Origin: Octopus sinensis
Taxonomy: Eukaryota
NCBI RefSeq assembly: GCF_006345805.1
Contig: NC_042998.1
Span: 11,842,001-11,906,000, forward strand
Direction of reading: 5' to 3'
DNA length: 64,000 bases
Numbering within the stretch: the stretch's first letter is position 1; each line of letters begins with the position of its first letter. The notes beneath the pieces were generated by a model. It did not search any database, was not told where the DNA came from, and worked only from the letters and a program-made list of their open reading frames with translations. Positions 1-13,169 of the stretch are shown here, one piece after another. The translations under genes were made by a program, and so were the position numbers.

Positions 1-624
1 TATTTTCTCGATCGAGTCATCCTTTACCTTATTTCCGACCACCGGCCGAGTGTACGTGTGGAGACAGCCAAAAGAAGCATTTGACCCAGACTGCTTTCTT
101 CCAACTGTTAAGCACGGAGGAGGATCTGTGATGATCTGGGGAGCTATATCATGGAAATCCGCCGACCCAATGGTTTCCCTTAATAGCAGAATGAATACTC
201 AAGAGTATTTAAGCATTTTATCTGATAAAATTCATCCTATGGTTGCAGAACTGTTTCCGGAGGGAAACGCAATCTTTCAGGATGATAATGCACCAATTCA
301 CACAGCTAAAGTTGTTACTGAATGACACGAGGAACATTCTAGTGAAACTGAACATCTTATCTGACCACCACAGTCCCCATATCACAATATTATTGAACAT
401 TTATGATGCATTTTAGAAAAACAAGTAAGGGGTTGATATCCTCCACCACCATCACTACAAGAACTGGAGAATGTTTTAGCTGAAGAATGAACAAAAATTC
501 CTTTGGAAACAATTCAAAGCTTCTCCGAGTCCATACCGTAATTACTGACTAAGGCGGTCCTACCCCATATTAAAATAAATTTGTTTGAAATTTTAAGGTG
601 TTACCATTATTTTGTCCAACCTCT
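1..624 (+). mobile_element. Tc1-family DNA transposon, 3' remnant with decayed DDE transposase and right TIR
   Basis: ORF 50-325 reads TVKHGGGSVMIWGAIS...AIFQDDNAPIH. It continues through stops as PPQSP..NIIEHL (Tc1 WPPQSPDLNPIE-like). It ends in a TIR-like ggtgttaccattattttgtccaacctct. Confidence 0.85.
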
Positions 625-640
625 TTAAACATATACGTGT

Positions 641-3301
641 GTGTATCGCGGTTTCCTCTTGAAGTTCCACGCTACCCCCTATTCCTCCCCCTTCATCGAA
701 CCCACCCTCGCTCGTACCTCCCGCTCCCTCCTCCGCGCCACCATCCGCTCCACCCGCCCCCTCCTTGACTCCCTCAACCATCAACTTCCCCAGGCCTACC
801 TCCTTCTCTCCGCCCTCTGCCCTCCACTCTTCACCCAACCTATCCTCCGCTTCATTCTTAATCTCAACCACCAACTCTACAACTACCTCACACACACAAA
901 AAACAAAAAACTCCACCTCCTCCTCAACCCCTCACCCCTTCCCCATCCTCCCCCACTGTTCCCCCCTCCTTCGCACCTACCCCACCCTTCCACGGACCCC
1001 CCCCACCGTGACCTTCCTACGCCTAACCCATCTTCACCCAACCACCCCTACCCTACCCTTCACACCCCTGCACCCCCTCTGCCTGCCCCTAGTCCTCCCA
1101 CCACCCCGCTTCCTCGCGCCGTTGTCACTATACCCCCCAACCTCCCCCTCTCCGCCGCTGAGCGCTCCCTCCTCAGTAAGGGTCTCCGCTTCACGCCACT
1201 CACGCGCCACTGTGATGAGTTCGAGACTCGGGCGGACGTCAACCTGTTCCTGCGCCGCCTCAAACTTTGCGCATACTACCACGCGTCCCCGCAGCGTCAC
1301 AACAATCAGGATTGCCTTTTGGAGCTGGGGCGTCGTCCATCCATCTGGACGCCGCCCCCAGGCCTTTTCAGTAGCCTAGATTCGTTTGTACATGACTGCA
1401 ACGCTTTGGTCCACCGTTTCAACTTTGAACCAAGACCCCGCCGAGCCAACCTCACTCGGGCCGAATCCATTGCCCTTCGCCACCTCCGCCGACGTAATGA
1501 CATTGTCATCAAACCGGCGGACAAAGGCGGGGCAGTGGTAGTGTGGCGCGCGGACCTATACAGGGAGGAAGCGCTCAACCAGCTTCAAAATCCCCTCTTC
1601 TATCGCCTCCTCCCCTCCGATCCCACCTCCTCCTACCAACAGCGAGTGTCCTCCACCATCCGCGACCTCATCTCCTCCTCCGCTCTCCCACCCACCGCCA
1701 CCAACCTCATCGTCCGCACACCCCGCACCTCCACCATCTACTTCCTTCCCAAGATCCATAAACCCTCTAACCCTGGCCGTCCCATAGTCTCTGCTTGTAA
1801 TTGCCCCACTGAACTCATCTCCCTATACCTCGACCGCATCCTGTCCCCCTTAGTCGCAGCCCTCCCATCCCACATACACGACACCAACCACGCCCTCCGT
1901 CTCTTCAATTCCTTTTCCTTCCCTTCCAGCCCTCACACCTCCTCTTCACTTTAGATGTAAAATCCCTGTACACAGTGATTCCCCACAATGACGGTCTCCT
2001 AGCCCTCCAACACTTCCTCGACCGTCGTCCCGACCCCACCCCCAGCACCCCACCCTTCTCCGTTTGGCTGAGCTCGTCCTCACCCTCAATTGCTTCACGT
2101 TCGCCGGGGAAACGTACCAACAGGTGTCCGGGGTCGCGATGGGAACTAGGATGGGCCCCAATTTCGCCAATCTCTTTCTTGGCTACATTGAGGCCCAAGT
2201 GTTCTCCCAGTTCTCTGGGCCGACCGACCCGAACTATACGGTCGCTATATCGACGACTGCGTAGGTGCCACCTCCTTTCCCGTGAACTTCTCTGCCAATT
2301 CATCTCTTTCCTTTCCAACTTTCACCCCTCTCTTCAATTCACCTCCACCATCTCCAACACCTCTGTCAACTTCCTTGACATCTCTCTCCGCATCGATCAC
2401 CCCTCCAACTCTCTCACCACCACCGCCTTCTTTAAACCTACGGATTCCCACCTCTATCTCAACTTCTCTTCCTCCCACCCCTTCCACACCAAACGAGCCA
2501 TCCCCTACTCCCAGTTCCTCCGCCTCCGACGTTTGTGTAGCCGCGACCAGGATTTCGAGACCCAATCTCAATACCTGGCCCGCATGTTCAGACTCCGAGG
2601 TTACCCACCCTACTCCCTCTCTGATGCCCTCACCCGCGCCCGTCGCATCGACCGCACTACCGCCCTGTCTCCTTCCCCCCCCGACCCAACCGCACCCCAT
2701 CCCCCTCCTTTCCACCCCTCTACCCTACCCCTTCGTCGCAAGATACTACGTGCCTTCCGTCGCCTCCAGCTTGATCCCACCACCCGCCCCATTTTCCCTA
2801 ACCCACCCCTGTCCTCTTCAAACGAGCCCGCAATCTGCGTGACCTCCTGGTCCACAGCACCCTCTCTCCTTCCCCCTCAGCCCCACACGGATCATTCCCT
2901 TGCTCTAGATCCCGCTGCAACACTTGCCCCTTCATCACCAACACCACCGCTGTCACCGGGCTCAACCAGCATACTGTACGCATTAGGCACTCTTTTACGT
3001 GCACCTCGTCGGCCTTATTTACTGCATTAAATGCAACCTATGCGGGATGCTGTATGTAGGACAGACGGGACGCCGGTTGTCCGACCGTTTCACTGAACAT
3101 TTGAGGGACGTTCGCCTACACTCTTTTTCTCCCGTCGCACGCCACTTCCGCTCGGCCGGCCATTCCCTAGATGACATCTCAGTGTTTGGTCTCGCCCCCC
3201 ACAATGGTCGCCCACTTTCCAGGCTCCACTTGGAGCAACGCTACATCTTCACCCTACAAACTACTACCCCACACGGACTTAACACAGCCCCCTCCTCTTG
3301 A
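641..3301 (+). pseudogene. PLE polyprotein (RT, thumb, GIY-YIG endonuclease), frameshifted in this assembly
   Basis: Motifs across frames: KGLRFTP; IVIKPADKGGAVVVW; YFLPKIHKPSNPGRPIVS; LDVKSLYTVIP; QQVSGVAMGTRMGPNFANLFL; RYIDD; FKPTDSHLYLNFSSSHP; LIYCIKCNLCGMLYVGQTGRRLSDRFTEH; TTPHGLN. The annotated Met at 641 comes from flanking sequence. Confidence 0.88.
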
Positions 3302-3329
3302 GGTCCGCTTCTCTTTTTTTTTCTTTGTT

Positions 3330-5745
3330 TCCCGGATACACCACCCACACACACACACCTACCTACCTCCCACACGCCTGTTCACACACACACATACGTA
3401 GACCCATCTACGTACATACATTCACACATTTAATCACACACACTTATAGACATACATGCACACACTAACATACAAACCAACATGCACATACACACACACA
3501 TACATACATACACACACACATAATACTTACACAACACACACACACAAGACATACATACACACATACATACACACATACATACGCACATACACACACACAC
3601 ACTCACACACACACACCGCACGTACATACTTCACACACACACACATGCACACATACATGTAGGCACACACATACATACCCACACATGCTCACCCTTACAC
3701 TGTATGCACACACACATACACCTTTTTGCATCCAGGCAGCCCCCCCTCTTTTCTGCTTTCCGGTTTTGGCTGATGGATCCTCGGTTCCCGCGTAGCGGGT
3801 CGTTCGAGGGCCTTTGCGCTCGCGCGCCTTGGCGCGCGCTGGGGGCTTGGTCGGCCCCATGGGCTTGCGTTGTATTGCTTGTGCGTTGTGTGCGTGAGCG
3901 CGCTTCGTGTGTGTGGGCTTGCTTCGGATGTGCGCGTGCGTATGTATGCATACATACCCACACACTCGCATGCATCCCTACCCACATACATACACGCACA
4001 CCTACTCACACACACATACACACACACACACATACCCGCACACACACACACATACATACATACACACATACCTACTTCAGACATACACACACAAGACATA
4101 CACCCATACACTCACACTCACACGCATACACACACACACATACACACGCACACGTACACATACACACACACACACACCTACATACATACATTACACTTGT
4201 ACACACACACACTTACATTCATACACACACACACCTACACAGCAATACCCACTCAGACACACCCACCTACCTACACACACACACACAAACACACACAGAC
4301 ACACACCCATACATACATACATCTACACACACACGCCTACACACATACATACACACATACATAAACACACACACAATACACATACACACACACATACGCA
4401 CACACACACAGACACCTACACTCCCACACACATACATACGCACCTACATACACAACGCACGCATAACACATACATTACACACGTACACACACACCTACAT
4501 ACACTGCATACACACACTCACACAAACATGCACGGAACACCCAGACAGACATAATACATACACCTATACACACCGCCCACACACCTACATACACACACAT
4601 ACATACACACACATACACGGACACACCCATACATACTTACATACATACACCTATACACACACGCCTACACACCTACATACACACACATGCATACACACAC
4701 ATGCATACACACACACACATGTACGCACATACACACACATATACGCACATACATATATACCCACACACATGCACACACACACACATACGCACATGCATGC
4801 ATGCATGCGCACGCGCACACCTACACGCATACACACACACACACGCACGTACACATACATACATACACACACACACATACAACCCCATGCACATACATGC
4901 ATCCTACACACACATACATACACACTCACACATACATACACACACACACACTCACTCACACACCTGTATGTACGCGCACACACATGCACATACACACACT
5001 TCCACACACCCACACGTACATACATACACACTCATACACACACACACACGGACATACATCTATGCACACACATATATACACACATACTCACATACATTCA
5101 TCGGACACACTGACACCCAGACATACACACAGACACACTCACACATCCACACACATACATACTTACGCGCATACTCGCAGGCGCGCGCAAACACGCGCTT
5201 GCGCCGGTTCGCGCACGCATACGCGCTGCATGCACCTCGCTCTTGGACCCGACGAGACCTCCCGCTCGTCCCTGGGACCGTCGTCTGTCGTTGGGTTCTC
5301 CCACGCCCGTCTCCGCGGGACCACTCTTCCATCTTCCCCTCAGCTGGAGTCCTTTTTCCTTAAACCCCCCCCCCTTTTTTGTTACACACACGCGCACACA
5401 TACACACACCCACTCACACACACACATTGCTTAAATATATACATTACTCTTACACACATTCAAATCTACTCGCCATTAATACTACCACGACACTGGACAC
5501 ACACACACACTACTACTAACACACGCTGGCACGCTACATACGCCCCCACCCCTTCCCCTCCCTCCCTTCCTCCTTCCTTCATTTTCTTACTACTGACCAC
5601 TGTCTGCTATGCCTACTACTGTCTCGCCCTACCTCACACGCCTACACACAGACGCACACACTAACACATACATATATATTTTTGTTTTTTTATCTCGCCT
5701 CACACACACATACACACACGCACACGCACACACTCACACATACAC
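3330..5745. repeat. Degenerate (CA)n/(TACA)n low-complexity tract in the PLE 3' region, interrupted by two GC-rich islands
   Basis: Visible directly. It is the source of the spurious His/Thr and Cys/Val ORFs. Confidence 0.9.
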
Positions 5746-5922
5746 ACACATCTGTTGCGTTACCAACCCTGTCTCCACTCTTTTGGCTTTAAAAACCTAC
5801 TTTGCTCTTGTTATCGTAAACTTCCGCCTTTCACCATGTGTACTTCGTAAACACCAGTCGTTTTTTCTCCATCTCCTGTTGCCCGCTTTGGGATCTTTCT
5901 TTCCTCTCTCTTCCTTCTTTAT

Positions 5923-5957
5923 GTTTCCGACGAAGAGCTCCGCTCGAAACGTCATAC
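5923..5957 (+). ncRNA. Minimal type I hammerhead-like motif (variant core CCGACGA)
   Basis: GUUU-CCGACGA-A-GAGC/ucc/GCUC-GAAA-CG-UC^AUAC. Stem II is 4 bp, stem III is the palindrome ACGU, the triplet is GUC, and stem I pairs 3 of 4. Confidence 0.6.
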
Positions 5958-6101
5958 CTTCCTGCTTCCATATTTCCTGAGCGCCTATTAATAATAATAC
6001 TGTAATTGTTCCACTGTTGTTGTTTTTTTGTTTTCCCGTTTGGATTAAAATATATATATATATATATATATATATTGTATATTTACATATACACACATAT
6101 G

Positions 6102-6135
<34 letters not shown>

Positions 6136-6304
6136 ATATTATATATTATATATATAAATATATATATATGTATTATATATAAATATGTATATATGATATA
6201 TGAATAAGTATAATATATATATATATATGATATATATGATATATATAAATATATATCATATATATATCATATATATATCATATGTATATGTATATATATA
6301 TATA

Positions 6305-7271
6305 CATGGCGTCCATAAAGTCTCTTTACAATTAAAAAATCTTATTACAAAGGCATTTGACAAGATATCTTAACCAGATTTGTTTTATTGTAATAATTGT
6401 TTACTAAAGTGTTTTTAACTATTATTTAATAGACCCCAATATGGGCACCCTTAATTGCGCGAAGCACATCAAGACGGTACTCAATTTCTTGCCATGTTCA
6501 CTGTAGGATAGCCTCATCAACAGTGGCAATGGCATTACAAATCCTTTGCTTCAAGTCAGCAATGTCCCGTATCATTGTTTGATATACGATATCTTTTACA
6601 TAACCCCATAAAAAGAAGTCCAAGGGAGTGATATCTGGCGAATGCGGTGTCCATGGAATGGACCCATCTCTTCCAATCCATCAGTCTGGAAATGCTTAAT
6701 TGAGGAACTGACGAACATGCCGTCCCCAATGTGGTGGTGCACCATCTTGCTGGGAAATGATGGTTGTAAATCAATCAGTTGTGGTACCACATATTCGGTC
6801 AGAAGGTCGAGGTAAACATTTGCAGTCAATGTTGCCTCGTTGAAGAAAAATGGACCAATTATTCGATTGCACGTGATTCCACACCACACATTCACTTTTG
6901 GACTATCCCGTTGAAGCTCCTTAGTCATATGGGGGTGTTCTGATCCCCAGATTCTCACATTGTGTCTGTTTAATTTCCCTGAAACTTGAAAGTCGCCTCG
7001 TCACCAAAACAAACTCGCTCGAGGAATGCTTCATCCCCATTTTATAGGGGTTCAGTGAATCAGTTTTCTTCGTGCAAAAGAGTACGTGAAATACAAAAAA
7101 AATTAATATCAATAAAAACTTTAATAAACAATTATTAAAATAAAACAAATCTGGTTAAAATATTTCATCAACTGCCTTTGTAATAATTTTTATAAATTGT
7201 AAAAAGACTTTATGGACACCCTGTACAAGAGTCTTTATGGACACCCTGTACAAGAGACTTTATGGACACCC

Positions 7272-7273
<2 letters not shown>
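6305..7273 (-). mobile_element. Internally deleted mariner-like (DDxD) transposon with ~120 bp TIRs
   Basis: The minus strand gives KVNVWCGI...IIGPFFF and a WP..SPDITPLDFFLWGYVKD-like segment. TIRs are ca(t)gg(c)gtccataaagtct and agactttatggacaccctg, with TA flanks. The outer 25 bp of the right TIR is triplicated. Confidence 0.85.
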
Positions 7274-7311
<38 letters not shown>

Positions 7312-7382
7312 TAGATAGGGAGAGGGAGAGGGGAGACGGATGATGGATAGAAACGACACGAGTGCGTTATATGTTTGTATAT

Positions 7383-7424
<42 letters not shown>

Positions 7425-8633
7425 TGATATATACTCATACAGGTAGACATATATATGGGTATATTTATTTATATGTGTATAGGGTATATATTATATGACA
7501 CACACACATACACACACATTTATTTGTACGTATTGAAGATTGATATGTCGAATGTGACTATAATTAACTTTTGCATAAATCTACGAATAAATCGATGGAT
7601 ATCTAGATGTCTATCATTTATTACACATAGTTTGTCCGGATTCTGTTTCGTATTATATAAATATGAACAGATTATACATTGTATGTCGAAGATCAGAATA
7701 AAACTGGTGATCCCTTTCTAATAATATTTATTATTACGTCAAAAATTTCTATTGTAATAACACATTTTTGTTTTATATCGATCTTGGGCTCACACTCCGA
7801 CACACACACATACACACCCTTAAATACACATACACACACACGCACACACTCATTCTCACAGGCACATATATAGATGCATAGATATACACATAGATACTAA
7901 TGTATCTATTTCACTATGGCATTGCGAGACTAATAACCTGGTTTAGAACTCAATATTCATATGTTTCTCTTTTTAAAGTGAATTCTACAAATTTTCTATA
8001 GAAATTACCGCCAGCAATGATTTTTTACGACGTTTCGTATTCGAGTATGCCTAATGTAAACGTCAATGACGTCGAAGATGGAAAATGGGTAATTGCTATA
8101 TATATCACATTTCAGGAGTTCCTGTTTCTTCATCAGCACCCATCCAACCCATTAAATATCCACGAACTGATTACTTAAATAGCCACTACATACAAGCGGT
8201 GTAACATTAATGGATATACCAAATTTACATACTAAATATTCCTGGCATCTGGTACGTAAATATTGGTGATATGAAGGGGCACTGCATTTCATAATGCAGC
8301 CATAATATACTTGAAAGTATACTAAATGTTTAATAAGTCAAATACTGTGTCCTACTGTGTTAGCATTTCTATTAATAACTTATTATGGATTTCTCTACAG
8401 ATTGTCTATAGAAATTATAGCCAAAATTGATTTAATAGAATAACTGATACAAAGACACACGGTTAATAAATAAAAGAAAACATATCAAACTAATTAATGA
8501 ACTACACAGAAGGATGTGCACACTAAAAAAATGTCTTAGAAAAAGACAGAAAATAACGTAAGAGAAATGGCTAAACATATAATGGATTAGCCTTAAAATG
8601 ATAATGAAAATAAAACGAATTCAACTACACACA

Positions 8634-9070
8634 ATATTACATATTTCAACAAAGATACTACATGCAAGGTGTTACATATTTCAACAAAGATACTACATGC
8701 AAGGTGTTACATATTTCAACAAAGATACTACATGCAAGGTGTTACATATTTCAACAAAGATACTACATGCAAGGTATTACATATTTTAAGGCGGCGAGCT
8801 GGCAGAAACGTTAGCACGCCGGGCGAAATGCTTAACGGTATTTCGTCTGCGTTACGTTGTGAGTTCAAATTCCGCCGAGGTCGACTTTGCCTTTCATCCT
8901 TTCGGGGTCGATAAATTAAGTACCAGTTACGCACTGGGGTCTGTAATCGACTTAATACCTATGTCTGTCCTTGTTTGTCCCCTCTGTGTTTAGCCCCTTG
9001 TGGGTAATAAAGAAATAGGTATTACATATTTCAACAAAGATACTACATACAAGGTATTACATATTTCAAA
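8634..9070. repeat. 35-bp minisatellite (tgttacatatttcaacaaagatactacatgcaagg), interrupted by a SINE
   Basis: Four full units plus a partial lie left of the SINE; one full unit plus a partial lie to its right. Confidence 0.92.
8789..9016 (+). mobile_element. tRNA-derived SINE, family B (Nin/Deu-like central domain)
   Basis: Head ggcggcgagctggcag, B-box-like gagttcaaattcc, central gactttgcctttcatcctttcggggtcgataaattaagtacc. A 15-bp TSD aggtattacatattt lies at 8772-8786 and 9017-9031. A homologue sits at 39468-39684. Confidence 0.85.
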
Positions 9071-9099
9071 AAAGTAAAACCAGATATAGAAACATGAGC

Positions 9100-11650
9100 A
9101 TAAACCCCAAAGATGAGCATCATTCCACCAGAAGATCGGAATAACCAAGCCAATGTCCAGCATCAACATGAATAAAACATCGAACACATCTCTTACCAAT
9201 GATAATAAACGTAAATGAGAAGAAATGTACCAGAATTAACATTGAGAAAAATCAGAAATATTTAAATTAACGAAATGGAAACTAATGGACTCTAATATAT
9301 TCTCACAACACACAAAGTATTAATCATGAGAGATTATAATATCAGCAAAAGAGAAAAAAGTTCTAGAAATAAAATGAAAAGCTTAAGCAAATCATCTTTG
9401 TACAGTCATGTCGAAAACACTAAGGAAGAGTGATCGCCTCTATCACGATAAACCGGTATCTGAAAAAAAAAATACTAAAACATGTTACAAAGATATCGGA
9501 AAACACAATAATAGATTAGATGACATGCAAACAACATAAACTTAAATATAGAACGGTGATCATTAAACACGGTTAATGATACTATGGATGAAAAAAGGGA
9601 TCAGGATATGGAATAGAATTTCAAGTATTGTTAATATAACTAACTAGGAATCCACCAACGTGAGAAATATTGCAAGAGAACTGAAAATGTCAAGTAATTG
9701 ATAGTCTCTAGTTTCTGACTGAAATCATGAATCAGTTACAAAGACATTCATCAAATTAGTTAATAGACCAGATCCCATGCCAGATTGATAAATAGAGGAA
9801 AGACATTACTGATTCCAACAAACGAGAGCTCCAGAAACACTCAGAATTGCATATTGATATATTAATAATCTGTTTGCCAGAATATATACCATAAACTTAC
9901 GTCGATACTCTGTAAAAGACGGGCTTTTCTTCAGGAAATGAATGGCACCTTGTCAGAGCTGAAATTGGGGAGAGATGTTTGTTTAGAAGGAAATGACTAA
10001 ACAAACCAGGAAATTAATGAAGAGGAAAGAAATATGGTATCCATTGATTACTGAAAAGCATCTAATCACATACCATACTCGAATCTTGCAGTATATTCCT
10101 GACCACACAATGGATTTGAGTTAAATATTAAGAAACAGTATTAATCATGTCTTGTCAAAGAGGAAAACAACTATATACTGCAAGGTAAAAAATGCTTAAA
10201 AATTTAGATGTATACCTAGAAAAGACCAATCTTTCAGGCTGACTCCTTATCTCTTCTACAATTTTGCTTAACCTTGCATTTTCTGGAAGATAGTATCAGT
10301 AGTTATAAATGCTGTTAATCGACTTTAAAATATATTCTCAGTAATGGTGATTTAAAAGTATTTATAAGAGACAACAACCAACTGGAGATCCACGATATCA
10401 AAGTATAAATAGAATTCCACTAATGTGCCAAAAAGTACAAACTGATTACACTAATGTGCCAAAAAGTACAAATTGATAAACCCGGAACATATTAAATTAC
10501 ATTCAGACATTGAAATATGAATAATTAAGAATAGTCGAGAGTGATAAGATGCATCACGCAGAGAAATAAAAGAGAAAATTAATAAAGAATCTTTCAGAAG
10601 AGTTAGAGTAATATTGAAAAAGAAATTAATTTTATGCCAGTGATAAGATAAGAGGAATAAATATGCCATCCACTCGAGTTATAATTTATAGCTTCAGCAT
10701 ATTAAATTGTCAGTTAAGTGAAGTAAAGTGTTTAGAAATGGAACTGCATTCTGGAGCCACTATCTTGAATCCGATACAGGCAAGATAAATTTACTTGCAG
10801 GAAGCTTTTAATATCAATATAGTATTTTATACAGTAACGATGATGAGTTTTAACATTTCTTTGAAGAAAGCAAAAGAACAGTTACTCTTGTGAGTGGTTA
10901 TAAAGAAAATATAGGGACTTATATATAATGCCATAGTAAAATAGAGAACCTGGGAGCTAATTTCATCACAGGAAAAATACAGAGAATGTAAGAGAAACGG
11001 TCAGAAATATAGAGAAAATACGATGTAAAAAGAGCGCCAAAATACTTTAAATTTAAAACAACGAGAAAAAATTCGGTGGCCTGCAGTTCACGATAATATG
11101 GTGGAAGTAAACCTGATTGACATATAAAACTGTCTTGAATACTTTCAAAAAAAATTAGAAATGGATGTTTGATTTTAGTTGCATATGGACAATGACGATT
11201 CACTGAAAACTTTAAAATGAAAACCGTAGGAAGTTAGAAATGCCAAAAGATTATGGAATCACCACAAAGAAAGAATTACATTACTTCAGACAGCACAATG
11301 TTCGTAAAATCAAAAATTATCCTCACACATGGCTGGGTAGGCAGCTACGACCATTTCATAATACATCAATTCTTTTACACGTGAAGTGTAAATAAGTGCT
11401 TTAGACATGTAACCAACTCAGTATGGGACAATAATATAATATGATAATTTGACACAAACCGCTTCATACTGATAAGGAGAACAAAGACGATGTTGAAAAT
11501 GTACGTATTCTGATGCATACTCTAAGAATTATCAATGGTAAGGATCGTGAAGCAGAAATAAAGAAAGGATGTATGGTATGCGAGTAAAAATGATACCTAT
11601 GCTAATAAGAGAAAAATAAATGAATGAGTAAACAAGAATGCAAGGGATTA
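9100..11650 (+). mobile_element. Heavily decayed R4/Dong-type (RLE) non-LTR retrotransposon; boundaries approximate
   Basis: Manual translation gives IFQADSLSLLQFCLTL (10229; cf. GIFQGDSLSPLLFC), IKEKINKESFRRVRVILKK (10566) and IRGINMPSTRVIIYSFSILN (10648). Weaker HGQ and LWD remnants follow downstream. Confidence 0.65.
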
Positions 11651-13169
11651 CAATTATACTTAAATTGTAGTGCTCGTAGACGCTGCAATCTTATTACGAA
11701 TTCAGCAGTACAACTTACTGCGTACTCAATCTAAACAATACATCACCGTATATAAGGCATAACTGCTACCTAATGTTATGATAGAACTTTCACAAAAAAT
11801 ATTCTATTTAACTGCAACTATGTACAATAACACAACCTACATAACAAATGTTCTACACAAATATCGTCTAATATTTAATACGCTCCACACAACACAAAAC
11901 ATATTCGCCAACTATTACTTCGAAACAACCCTCAAAGCACATTTCATACGATCGCCGTCTATTATATCAAAGCCGAAAGTATTTCATCTTCTTGTTGTAG
12001 TAATCGATGCCCCATTGAAAATCCCGTTACTATAGCACAAACTACAAAACACATACTCTGCTTAACCACTACACAATAGTATTACACATCTTACACAACA
12101 CATTCTGTACAATCGAAGCATGAACGCCATAAAACACCTCACACAGTACATTCTACACACTCCGTAGACACGAATTGCACAATTAGTATTATACAAAGTT
12201 ACCCCCCTCCTCACTAAATTACAGGCAATAGTTCACATATCACATACAAATTCAATCACTACAATACGATACATTCTACACAACAAATATACGAATCATT
12301 AAAGTAATGTGAGAAACAGCAGAAAAAGCAAAACGAAACAAGGTAACGACAACTCACACTTCAATTCTTCGAATTAGAATGTTGCAAATACATCTGAACT
12401 ACGGAATTGGTGATGCAGTAGAAGTTCCAATGAAACCACGCTGAGATAATGATAGAGGCGATACAGTTCTTCACAGTATGTTGCAATAAGATGTTAAGAT
12501 ACACATTGTCTTTCAAAGGACAATCGCCGTTTGATTTTCATTTGAAAACGATAGTTAAATACAGGAAATAGGGAAGTACTAGAAGAGTTACTTTCAAATT
12601 AATTTAGTTATACTTATGACATAGCCAAGAAATTTCTTCTGAACGCCTTCACACACACACACACACAGACACACGCAGACACACACACGCACACACACAC
12701 ACACAACACACTCACACACGTACACATATGTATTATGGAACAAGTTAATTATAGCTCTAGAAGAGTAGTATTGCTTTCTTTGGTTTCTTGGAAGGTTTAA
12801 GATTGCCTACGATCTGTTATATATTCTAAACACATTTGCAATTCAGAAACATTCGGAGATATAAGTAATCTAATATTTATATTACAGGGGAAAAAGAACG
12901 ACTTCTTTATTCACATTAATTGCATATATACTACAAGCTACAAACTTGCACAACTGTATAAATTCAAACAATCAAGTTTAGCAAATTATCATATTTACAT
13001 AAATACAGAAACATAGTTAAATCCTACGGGCTTAATCGTGATAATTTTAGATATTCATTGCTCTAAATCGTATCAATTTATTTAAGCTTAAACACGTGAA
13101 AAAATCAACAAAAGCCATGGAACATATTATACGATAAATGATATGTAGTTATATTTTAGGTAATGTTTC

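Larger units (their letters stand above)
645..6047 (+). mobile_element. Penelope-like retroelement (RT + GIY-YIG) with a long CA-rich 3' region and a hammerhead-containing terminus
   Basis: PLE RT and GIY-YIG motifs lie in 645-3301. A hammerhead-like motif sits at 5923-5957, and the element ends at a (TA)n tract from 6048. Confidence 0.9.

Noticed and set aside
3430-5664. Long His/Thr-rich and Cys/Val-rich ORFs (up to 469 aa), and similar Tyr/Ile ORFs at 20.2, 25.0, 28.2, 37.1, 44.2, 53.1 and 58.8-60.2 kb
   Set aside because: They are translations of CA, TA and TACA microsatellites that lack stop codons, not proteins.
8634-8790. CRISPR-like or other prokaryotic repeat array
   Set aside because: The 35-bp units are contiguous with no unique spacers, there are no cas genes, and the context is eukaryotic. 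It is a minisatellite.
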